From NCBI RefSeq assembly GCF_048593235.1, contig NC_133622.1, positions 5,766,001 through 5,830,000 on the forward strand: a stretch of DNA of 64,000 nt, given 5' to 3'. Both the position numbers and the translations under genes were made by a program. The notes below the pieces were generated by a model that saw only the letters and a program-made list of their open reading frames with translations, was not told the DNA's origin and made no database searches. Origin of the DNA: Sminthopsis crassicaudata. Lineage: Eukaryota. Shown piece by piece: positions 1-10,164 of the stretch; within the stretch, counting starts at the first letter, position 1; each line of letters starts with the position of its first letter.

Positions 1-726
1 ATTTGCTTTCATTTTTCATTTTATAAAAGGAGAAGATTCTTCCTGTATTAAGGGAAGGTCTTGTATTCCGTACTGTCTTGCAGTTTTCACATTCTAGGTC
101 CTCTGTGGGAAGGTCGCTTCTGGTACTAACATTCTATCCTGTTCATTCTGTTCTGTTCTAATTTCTAACAGAAGGAGAAAGAGCCACAATTAGCTTCTGC
201 AATCAGCCCAGTTCAATTGGGAGATTACTTTGACCCCTACTGGTCACTCAGGAGTACTGCCTGGATCCAGCTCAGGACAGGTCCTAAAGGCAGCTATGAA
301 TGTGGGCTCTGTTATTCCCATCGTTGTTTTGGAGGCTCCTGAAGCTTTCTTAGTCCTGCAAAGTGAAGGTGCCCATGGATTTCCCCTTGTTCATGTCCTT
401 AGGGAACTGAGCCAGCTGTAGTGTCAAGAGTCAAGGCTTCCCTTACATCCTAGAGGGTTACCAATCTAAGACAATCCAAATGTAAAAACAAACCAAGAGC
501 TGAGACCCCAGCAGGGAAGAAAACGTCCAATCCTGAAGCAAACGGAATATTCTAACTCGAAAGAGCATTAGATTTGGATAACAGAGAACTGGAGCTGAAT
601 CTCAGTCCTAATACGTACCAGTTACACAAGGGGTCAAGTTATTTAATCTCTGGCCCTCTAAAAGCTTGGGGATTTTTACTTTGTCAAAGATAAGTATTTT
701 GTCAAAGAAATTTTTCTGTATCTCCT

Positions 727-968
727 AAATAAGCATATGGCTTTTAATTTTTTGTTTTTAATATGCTTATGTTGTTTTCCTAATTCGGAACCCTTTCCCT
801 CTTAATTTTGACCATCCTTGCTTTTATAATAATTTGATGTAGTAATAAATAAGAATATGGTTTTTGATTTTTTTGTTTTAATATGATTGTTATTTTCCTA
901 ATTCTGAACCTTTTCCCCTTAATTTTGATCATCCTTGCCTCCCTGGTATAATAATTTGTTCATAATGA
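727..968. repeat. Direct tandem duplication, 2 x about 120 bp
   Basis: Units start at 727 and 847 (aaataagcatatggc / aaataagaatatggt) and are colinear with scattered substitutions. Confidence 0.9.
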
Positions 969-1419
969 ATGATTTTTTTTTTAGTAAACTACTTAAAGAG
1001 CCAGGGAATTATGGAATATTTATTGCCCAAAAGGAATTATATAATTTCTGATTGGGATTTCTTTGGGGAGAATGTGAATACTGAGTTGAGTAAGATGCAA
1101 ACCGTTGCAATATATTTACCAAGAAAACCTCATGCATGGTATTAATGTACTATGGTCCAGAGATTCATGAAGACTTGGACATGACTGAACAACTCAACAG
1201 CAAGAGGAATCTCCCAAAGATTCTGAATCCTGATGATATGATTTGTATTAAGAACTCTTAGGTGAGGGACAGAGTCACCTACCAAATGATGGGACGAGAC
1301 TCGAGGTTGGACATAAACAGAACTAAGCCTGCAGAGACATGGCTCATCAGCTCTTACCCCAAGGACAGAGGAAGCAGAAAGCCACCTGGCCTTCTTTCTG
1401 CCTGTGGCCCATCCCTAGA

Positions 1420-1782
1420 ATGCTTTCCCACTTCAATTCTTACTATAACCTCCCTGACTTTCTATAAATCCCTACTAAAATCCCACCTTCTATAGGAAGT
1501 TTTCCCCAAACCATCTTAATTCCAATGCCTTCCCTCTGTTAATTATCTCCTAGTTATCCCATAGATGGCTTGCTTTATTAATAGTAATATTATTATTAAC
1601 ATAATTAATAGTATACATAAAGATATTAATATGATATTTATCTAAATAATAATATAATAATTATATTAATATTAATGATCTATTAGATTATAAGGTCCAT
1701 GAGGGCAGGGACTGTATTTTTCCCCTTTTTGTATCCCCAGGACCTGGCACATATCAAGCACTTAATAAATGTTGACTGATTG
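1420..1782 (+). mobile_element. L2 3'-end fragment with AT-rich insert
   Basis: It ends gagggcagggactgt...gcacttaataaatgttgactgattg, the typical L2 terminus. Confidence 0.75.
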
Positions 1783-4574
1783 TTAAATGTGAGTTGTGAG
1801 AGCAAGCAGCTGCTTAGAAAAACATGGTGGTATTTTCATTTGGTTGGTAATCAAGTTCTCGGGACACATGGCCACATGTGGGGAAAGGCCTTTTATCCAA
1901 AATGAGTCCTTTAATAGGTCCTTATTGGACTGAGTTGAATTGAAGAGGAAAAACCCAAGGAAAGCAAAAGAAGGAAGAAAAGGACCCAATAAAATCTGGG
2001 ATAAATGTTTTCCAGCTAAATGGGTCTTTTCAGTCCCAAAGTCTCCACAAACAGGAGACTGATTTTTTTTTTCAGTCCATCCTCCACCAAGTTACCAAAA
2101 TGATCTCCCTCAGTCCAAATTCTACAACCAATCATAACCCCCTCCTCTGAGTAACAGCTTCCTATCATCTCCATGATAAAATACAGGATCCCCAGATAGG
2201 TACTCAAAGGCTCAGCATTCAATGGCTCCATTCTACTGCACCGGATTAATTTCCCATGATCCCATCTCATGAACTCTACATAGCAGCCAAATGGGTCTCC
2301 TTGCTGGACCCTGATATTCAGCCCTGCCTGGGAGACATTTCCTCCTTGAAGAAGCTTTAACTTTCTTTCTTTCAAGGCTCTTCCCAAGTGCCACATCCCA
2401 CAGGAAGCCTACCACGATCTGCTAGTTGTTTGCGTTGTCTCCTTCCTCAAATTGTGTTATTTTCGCTTATTTGTGTAAATGTTGCCTCCCCAGAAGAACA
2501 TAAGACCTTTAAGGGAAGGGAATGGGGTTTTCCCCCCGTTTTGTATGGTAGGTAGGCTTATTGCATTGATTTGGAGTGAATACTTTAAGGATATGTCATT
2601 TCCCTGTGGCGAGCTCTCCTTCTACCAGTTCAGATTGGGTCGCCTCCATGTCTTGGTAGATAATCTTACTAAATTTCTGTGGCTAAAAATCAAGTTGATT
2701 ATTTAATAGCCAACCTCCCAATGATGAAGTTAGCCGGACTGTTCTGAGCTGACAAGATCAATCACAGGGCCCTTATAAAAGTCTTCCCAGTGTAGGAGAA
2801 TCTTCCAGGGTGTGTGTGATGCTGTCTTAGACTTAAAGAATCAAGTCATTTCCCCTGCATAAGGAGGAATCAAAGCAAAACTTTACTGGAGAAGTCTAAG
2901 AGCTCTGGGAATCTACAAACTCTAGGGGAACTATTACTGTATGTTTTAAGCATTAAAAATATCAAAAGCAAATTTACCGATCACCATGTAAAGCACCACA
3001 TTTTTCTCACTGCCAAATTAAATTCCAAATAGCTCATGAGGAGACGTCCATCCCCGATGACAGGTTTGGACTTGTGACACCCAAGGGAAGACAACAATTT
3101 CTGGCACAAAATTCGCCTTGAGAGGTTGGGGTGGGGCTAGGGAGGCAGGGTGGGAGGAACAGAGGGGAGGAGGTCAAGAAGGAGATAAACTGTGATTGAC
3201 AGTGTCGTGCCCTCAGCATCTCAGAGAGGCTCAGCCTGGCAGCTCTTGGCCAAATTCTTCAGTTTGACGGACGGGAAGCAAAGGGTTTTATTCCCCACAG
3301 TGCACTGGGACGCCAGCCTTCACTTATCCCAACGGCCTTCAAAGGTGCTCATTCATTCCAGAAGAGACGGGGAGAGCTGTGGAATGCACACCCTCCAAGG
3401 ACGAGGAATCCGAGTCGCCCGACAGCCAGGGCCGGCATTCCTTGGGCAAAGGGAAAAGGGCTCGTTCTAAACCACAGGGTCTCCGGGATAAAAGCAGATC
3501 AAAGACACCTCTAAGGGCATAAATTAGACTCCAGAAGGGGATGGAAACTAGCAGATCATTGGGCTACAAGCTGGGAACTTGGAAATCAACGGGTGGATCC
3601 CTCTCATTTTACAGATTAAGAGAGTGGACCTCGGCAAGAGGAAATGAAGGACTTGAGTGGCACTGGGGAAGAGAGTACAGGACCTAGAGATCAATTGGCC
3701 CAATCCTTTTCTTTTACAGATGAGAAAAAGGAAGCCCTGAAAAGTATTTTATCTAAAGTCACATAATAATAATGATAACAAAAACAACAAATAATAAATT
3801 TCACACAGTGCTTCTGACCAGGTGTTCACTCGGGAACCAACAAGTCAGGGCATTATGTGAGTAGGTATAATAAAGGCTTTTAAGACTACACGTGGCTGTT
3901 CTTGAGCGCGCTACTGGTTATTAAACTATAGATTCAAGAGATCATGGCCAGAGACGTTTGAAGGCCTCAGAGGAGGCGAGCCGGGTAGAGTTGACACTGC
4001 AAAGGTCAGTGGTCAAAGGTACTCTGTTGGGCCTAGGGCAGACTAGTAATTGTAACTGCCAGGAGGACATGTTACAAAAGCATCTTCTATACATTATATT
4101 TCACCCAAAAATGCTAGAGACAGGGATGGCTACAATCCCCATTCTATAGACGGCTGAGAGAGGTGAAGGAATTTGTCTGAGGCAGGATTTGAACTCAAAT
4201 CCCTCTGATTTCTAGTGCTTTGTCTCTTGAATATTCTAACAATAGTTGCTGTCGTCCTGGTTTGACCCACAGGCATCGGGTGCTATTGCACCATAGCACC
4301 TCTCCCAATTGAGTACCCCCTTTCTAAATGAAAAAGTCCATTTTTCAATCTCATGACCATTTGCAGAAAGCCAGAAGGTAGATGAAAAACAGCTCCTCTA
4401 TGTCCAGTGAAACTGGAGACCTTCTGGTTTCACTTTTTATGGGACACTCCTAGTACCAAACCCCACAGATAGACACTCAGTGAAAGCAGAGCAGACCAAG
4501 AGCCAGCAAAACAGGGGCAGTGTGGAGCCAGGAAATCCTGCCCGGGAGTGGGCTCAGCCAACAAGCACTTTTCA

Positions 4575-4843
4575 AATACCTACTTCTGTGTAGAGCTTAA
4601 ATACCTACTTCTGTGTAGAGTTTAAATATTTACTTCTGTGTAGAGAGGTTTTTAATACCTATTTTTTGTGCAGAGAGAATTTAAATACCTACTTCTATGT
4701 AGAGAGAGCTTAAATACCTACTTCTGTAGAGAGAGTTTAAATACCTACTTCTTTGTAGAGGGAGTTTAAATACCTACTTCTTTGTAGAGTTTAAATACCT
4801 ACTTCTGTATAGAGAGTTTAAATACCTATTTCTGTGTAGAGAG
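4575..4843. repeat. Minisatellite, 10 units of 25-30 bp (AAATACCTACTTCTGTGTAGAG(AG)nTTT)
   Basis: Counted directly. The units are head to tail with no unique spacers. Confidence 0.92.
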
Positions 4844-4899
4844 ATTATACAAAGAAGGCAGCACACTCCCAAGCCGAACAGACCTTATAGGCTAATTTT

Positions 4900-5085
4900 T
4901 CAATCAGTAAACATTTAAGTCCTGGCTGTGTGCAGAGCACTGTGCTAGGCACACCAATCAACAAACAAGCATTTATTGAGTGCCGACTATGTGCCAGGTG
5001 CTATGCTGAGCACAAAGATGAAACAGTTCCTGTCTTCCTCCAAGGAGCTTAGATTGATTTGTGGGGAGACAGCATCATACATGAG
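4900..5085 (-). mobile_element. Two L2 3'-end fragments
   Basis: caacaaacaagcatttattgagtgccgactatgtgccagg is the reverse complement of the L2 terminus. Confidence 0.7.
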
Positions 5086-5399
5086 TAATGTAGAATAGCT
5101 ATAAATAAAATTTAAAATTTGTTGTGATCATGTTTCTGACCTCCTAAAATTTAAACTCCTGGCAAAGAGAAAAGACTGACTCACGAATAACACAAGGAGG
5201 AATGTCAACCAAAAACCTGACAAAGGCGTACATAATTTCAGAGGAAGAAGAGATGGAAGAAGCTTCCTGGGGAGTCATCTCACCTCTCTGGGACACAGTT
5301 TCCACAACTGTAAAGAGATGGGAGGATGGTGCTGGTACCTCCAATATCCCCTCCAACTCTGGCTAGAATTCTAAAAGCCATAAAGGGTCTTTTGAGATG

Positions 5400-6460
5400 G
5401 AGCATAGAAATAGGGGCGGGAATTAGACCTGGGCGAGCACGGAGGGAACCTAAAAGATGGGAAATCAGGAGAGCTCCTCAGGGAACACAACAAAATACAT
5501 AAATGGAGGATTGACAGATAGGCAGGCTGTCACCAGATAATGGAGGGTCCAGAATGGCAGGAGAGGAGTTTGAACTTCGGTGATGGGGAACCATTGAAGT
5601 GTTTCTAGGGAAGAGGTGATCAGGGCTATGCTTTTGAGAGAGTAATCTATGACAGGTGGCAGGAGGATCCTGGAGGCGAGGGGAGCACTGGAAAGGTTTT
5701 AGTCATTGTCCAGGTGGGAGGAAATGAGGGCTTGAGATTTGTTGTTTTCTTGTTAGTATCCAGAAAGAATTGAGCACTCCAGAGAATACAGTGCTCATGA
5801 GAAAACGCCAACCAGCCTGTGACACCATGAGCGCCACTGCCATCCTTTTTCTGCTCAGGCGTACAACCTCAGCATGATTCTGGAGTCCTCTCTCCCTCTT
5901 AGCCACATCAGTCCAAGCAGTTACCCAATCTTGCCCATTCCACCTCAACAGCATCTCCCAAGTCTGCCCGTCAGCTCTGCTCTTGCCCAGCTGCCCTCTT
6001 CAATCAGACCTTGCCCATCTCACCTTGAGACCCTCAAGTCTGCCTCGTTTCTTACATCTCCAGTCCAACCTATAAATGGCTGCCGAAATTATTTTCCTTA
6101 AGAACAGATCTGACTCTTGTCACTTTAATATTCAATCATCCCTAAGGGGATTCCTAGTGTCTCTAGGACAAACTATAAATTACTCGGTTAGCTTGTAAAG
6201 CTCTTCACAAGTGGCCCCAGCCTTTCTCTCCATCACATGAGAACTTGGCGTGATCTATTTAAGTTTTCTTAGTCATTGCTCCTCCTACGTGACGTTCTGT
6301 CACTCCTCTCGCTACCTTTACCGTGGCCATCCAGTGGAGGGATGACATCTAAAGGTGGTTCTTCTTTTTCTCCACCTCACAGAGTCCTTCTCTTCCTTTA
6401 AGACCCAAGTCAAACCTTTACTTCTCCATGAATTGTTACCTATATTTTATTGGACCCCAG
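5400..6460. mobile_element. Decayed L2 fragments (minus at about 5400-5740, plus at about 5860-6460)
   Basis: Typical L2 ORF2/3' motifs, such as gctgccgaaattattttccttaagaacagatctgactc. Confidence 0.6.
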
Positions 6461-7327
6461 AAAGAGCAGTAAAATACTTGAAGGGGGAAGAGGAAGAACA
6501 AGAGGAGAGACTATAGGCTACAGAGGTAGCCTTTTATTATAAAAGCCCAACCTTTTATTTTATAGATACAAAAAATGAAATTTTGAAAAGTAAAGCAATT
6601 TATCTAAGGTTACCTGGCCAGGTGGTGGGAGAGCCAGGCAATAATAAATCCTACTAATAATAATCCCATTTGTCTAATGTCTGAAGGTTTAAAGGGCATT
6701 TTATGTACATTATATCGTCTCCCCCCTCCCAAAAGAACTACACTCCTACCTAGTGCTTTCCTTCTTAATCTAGTATTTAACTTTTATCATTTTTATATTT
6801 ATTCTGCATAAATTTGCATTAACTCCTATTGTCTTCTCCATCAGAACGGTGCTTCTTTGAAGCAATGATTGCTTATTATTTGTACTTGCACCCCCAGCAT
6901 CTGGCAGCCCCGGGGACATGGTACGTGGCTGCTGGATGCTTGGTGCTTGGTTGATTAATAACTAGATCTGTCCAAAAGGGGTCGCCTCAAAAGGTTGGGG
7001 AACTCGCCTCACTGGAGGGCTTTGAACAAACTGGGAATTCTTTTTTGGATTGGGATGGAACTAGCTGGCTGCTGTGGTGCCGTCAACCTGTGACATCTGG
7101 GACTGGGAGGAGGGCCTCATCCGTGTCCTTTATTCCCCCACTCTTGAGGTTACTCATTGCTGTGTCCTTCTCCAAAGGCCCTCCCGGGTTCTCTATGGAG
7201 CATGAAGGGAAAGATCTGAGCTAAAAGTGAGGAATATTATAAGGAATATAGATTTCTGACCGAACCCCGCGGCGGATAGCAGAAGTCCTGGTTCCTGGCC
7301 TAAAAATCATTAAAAACCTAATTAAAA

Positions 7328-7465
7328 GGGGCCGCTAGGGGGCGCAGTGGAGAGAGCACCAGCCCTGAAGTCAGGAGGGCCCGAGTTCGAATTTGGTCTC
7401 AGACACTTAACACGTCCAGCTGTGTGACCCTGGGCAAGTCACTTAGCCCCAGCCTCAGGGAAAAT
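7328..7465 (+). mobile_element. WSINE1-type tRNA-derived CORE-SINE with 14-bp TSD AAACCTAATTAAAA (7314-7327 / 7466-7479)
   Basis: It has the head GGGGCCGCTAGGGGGCGCAGTGG, B box GAGTTCGAAT, core TGTGTGACCCTGGGCAAGTCACTTA and flanking direct repeats. Confidence 0.9.
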
Positions 7466-8230
7466 AAACCTAATTAAAAACTAAAAATCACTGAAATCAC
7501 TCCTTAATGTTGGGCAAACGGCTCCCCACTTCTTCACTTTCCTCACTTGCCACACGAGGGGCTTAGAGCTCAGCGTTGTAAGCACTTTGGATGTGCATTT
7601 CTGATGTGCCTGCCGGGCTCCACGCAGGCACTGAGGACGCGAGCACAAAGAATGAACCATCTCTCCTCACAAGGAGGTTGCACTAAAGCAGAGGGCAGCA
7701 GATGTCTGCCGTCCGTCTGTCCGGGTGTTCCCACAAAACAACTGGGGCCTCATTTAAATAGATTTTTATAAAGAGAAGCCCAAGTCCCATCATTTGGGGG
7801 TCTCGTGGGTGGGTGTATGTGTGTGTGGACTTAATACGTGTTACTACACATAAAGTTAATAAATTCAAATCCGTCCGCCACAGTCACGGGGGTTTGGGAG
7901 GGAGGGCGCTGAGGACCAGGAATGGCGGGAGAAGATTCCGTGGAGGTCGTTCCGAAGGAGATTCCGGGAGGGAATGGCGAGGCGAGAAGGGAAGGAAGGT
8001 AGGAAATGCTGTGGGACTCGGGGAAGGAGTGAGAGGCGGGTTAGGCCGGCGCCGCCTCCGCCAGCGCGTCTCCGAAGGAAAGCCATCCGAGAAGTGATCC
8101 TTCCCCCGCAGAGAGGCAGGTGTCCCCGTAAACGTGTCCGCGGCCGCCCGGGCCTGAAGGAGGCGTTTGGAGACCGCCCCGGGCCCGTTCCCGTCTCCTC
8201 CACAGCCCCGCCACGCTAACGCACGCGCCG

Positions 8231-8262
8231 CTTCCGGCCGCCGCAGCCACCATTAAGCCAGG
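8231..8262 (+). other. Putative first exon of an unidentified + strand transcript (start approximate)
   Basis: CTTCCGGCCGCCGCAGCCACCATTAAGCCAGG|gtaaga sits inside the CpG island. No comparably strong minus-strand donor was seen in the island. Confidence 0.6.
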
Positions 8263-8334
8263 GTAAGAAGTACCGGTGGCGCGGGGTGGGGTGGGAATGA
8301 CCCCAGAAAGCCCGGGCCCAGCGTGGCACAGTGC

Positions 8335-8360
8335 GGGGGAGGGGAGGGGGCCAGCCCGGG
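8335..8360 (+). other. G-quadruplex-forming motif in the putative first intron
   Basis: GGGGG A GGGG A GGGGG CCAGCCC GGG gives four G-tracts of at least 3 G with loops of 7 nt or less. Confidence 0.55.
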
Positions 8361-8863
8361 AGCCGAGAGGCTTGGCCTTCAGAGGCTGAAGCAAGAAGCG
8401 GGCTCTCAGGCACAGCTGCGTGACCTTGGGAAATGACCCTGGGTCTCGAGCCTCGCTTTTCCTTCCTTATACAATGGGACCCGCGGGTGTACGGCTCAGC
8501 GGAGAGATGTTTCAGGGAAACCCCGCGAGAAGTGTGAAGCGCTCGGAGCAGAGGAGCGGGAGGGGGCTGCCTTTGGAAGCGGCTCCCCGTGACCCGGGGC
8601 AAGCCCCTCCCTGCTGAAGACCTCGCAAGCTTCGGGCTGAGCTCGAGGGGTCCGACCTAGATGGATCTGAGCCTCTTCCAGCTTCAGAGACGACGGCAGT
8701 TCCCCTCCCCCCCCCTCGTTATTCCCCGGGGAAAACCTCGTGCTCTCCCTGCAGCCGCCCAGGAAAGGCGCATTGAGAGAGACAGAACCAGAAAGGCCCG
8801 GATTCGAGTCCTGTCACTGACGCGTACAGCCTGTTTCACCCTAAAGAAGTCACCGAAGGGCCA

Positions 8864-8982
8864 GGTGGCTGGGTGGCGCAGCGGGTAGGGCGCCAGCCCC
8901 TAAGTCTGGAGGACCCGAGTTCTAACCTGGCCTCAGACACTTAGCACTTCCTGTGTGACCCTGGGCGAGTCACTTAACCCCG
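8864..8982 (+). mobile_element. WSINE1-type SINE inside the CpG island
   Basis: It has the same head, B box and core as the 7328 and 42909 copies and is unusually CpG-rich. Confidence 0.85.
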
Positions 8983-9899
8983 GGAAGCTCCAGGGAAATG
9001 TGCAGTTTTAATCACCCAAACGCGGCAGAGTTCCTGCTGCGGAGGAAGACCCGCCGGAGGATGCTCGCCGGGCACCAGGCGCGGGGCTGGCAGCCCACCC
9101 AGGGCGCTTTGGCAGCTGAGAAGATCCGGCCTTAGCTTGTAAAGGGCCCGATTGAAGCGCGCTGCTTTTTACTTCATTTGCACGTGTTGGTGGGTGGGTG
9201 TGTTTGCATTGTGGCTCATGCAGACGTGTTCCAAGGCCTCACATGTGGAATTAATATCACGTTGCTTGCCTTCTCAAGGAAAAGAGGAAGAGAAAAAAGG
9301 GAGAAAATTTGAAATTCAAAATTTTTAATTAATGTTTTAAAAAAACCGTGTTTACATGTAATTGAGAAATATTTAATGAAATAGTTTTGGGAGGGTTTTA
9401 ATGGGTCAAGTCATTTCTTGACCTGGAAGTCCAAGACAAATTTTTATTGTGGGATGATCTAAGAACAAGTGGAAGGAAATTAAGATGTAAGTGATCTACA
9501 ACTATTCTTGAAATCTCTGGCACTAAGGAATAACCACACCTGTAGAGTAAAAGTCTTGGATACTCAGTCAAGTAGAATCAGCTGATGAGTGTGTGTGTCT
9601 GATGTATGAATATGCATGTATGTCCACATACTTAATAAGGTATGCACGTATAATGTATGTAAAACATGTCTCACTTAGGAGAACACAAAAGGAAAGAGAA
9701 AAAGGAGGAGGAACACATGCTGAGAAAAGACTCGGGCTTAGGGCAGACTAATAAGCCCAAGCACTCTATCCCTGTAGAACATTTCTGGATACCAGAGAGA
9801 GGCCGCGTGATGGGAAATGCCTATATCTAATACAAAGTAGCTGACAGGCTCACGCTAATATGTTTTGTAACATGAATTTTTTGAACTAGAAATTATCTT

Positions 9900-10160
9900 C
9901 CCTCAAAAATAAACAACAGCCCAAATTACAACAAAGCTGGATGTCACTGAGAGGGGAGCCACATCGAAAGGTCTTCCATCCAAGGCAATCCCACTAAAGT
10001 TCGCACAGAAAATGTCCTCTGCCTCCAGAAAAAGAACTAAGGAGAGTGAATGTAGACCAACACATGCGGTGTTCACCGCTTTCTTCTGCGTTTTCTCTTC
10101 CTTGGTTTTTCCCCTTGGTACTGATTTTTCTGTCCCAACATGATTCACAAAGAAATATGT
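9900..10160 (+). mobile_element. Old L1 3'-end fragment
   Basis: ccagaaaaagaactaaggagagtgaatgtagacc resembles the L1 3' UTR segments seen elsewhere in the window (e.g. about 33355-33400). Confidence 0.45.
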
Positions 10161-10164
10161 ATTA

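Larger units (their letters stand above)
7880..9110. promoter_or_regulatory. CpG island / probable promoter, + strand oriented, gene unidentified
   Basis: Dense CpG and high GC against an AT-rich, CpG-poor background. It has GC-box-like motifs, an ETS motif GCTTCCGG (8230-8237), a strong donor AGG|gtaaga at 8262/8263 and G-tracts just inside the putative intron. Confidence 0.85.

Noticed and set aside
174-300. GERATISFC and AWIQLRTG resemble immunoglobulin V-domain motifs
   Set aside because: The motifs are in different frames, and there is no framework 1 start, DxAxYYC motif or recombination signal.
2016-2396. Minus-strand ORF with QQGDP and YLGI, resembling RT motifs
   Set aside because: The spacing is too short, there is no YxDD, and the ORF overlaps the antisense of an L2-like 3' fragment.
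4575-4843. Regular 25-30 bp repeats superficially like a CRISPR array
   Set aside because: The units are contiguous with no unique spacers, there are no cas genes and the context is mammalian.
7328-7400. tRNA-like A/B boxes (also at 8864, 42909, 62051)
   Set aside because: They continue into the CORE-SINE body and are SINE heads, not tRNA genes.
7813-8888. Multiple overlapping 60-128 aa ORFs in the CpG island
   Set aside because: They are expected from stop-codon scarcity in GC-rich DNA and show no recognisable domain.
9807-9845. GTGATGG...CTGA as a possible C/D snoRNA
   Set aside because: The C box is imperfect, the segment is too short and there is no terminal stem.
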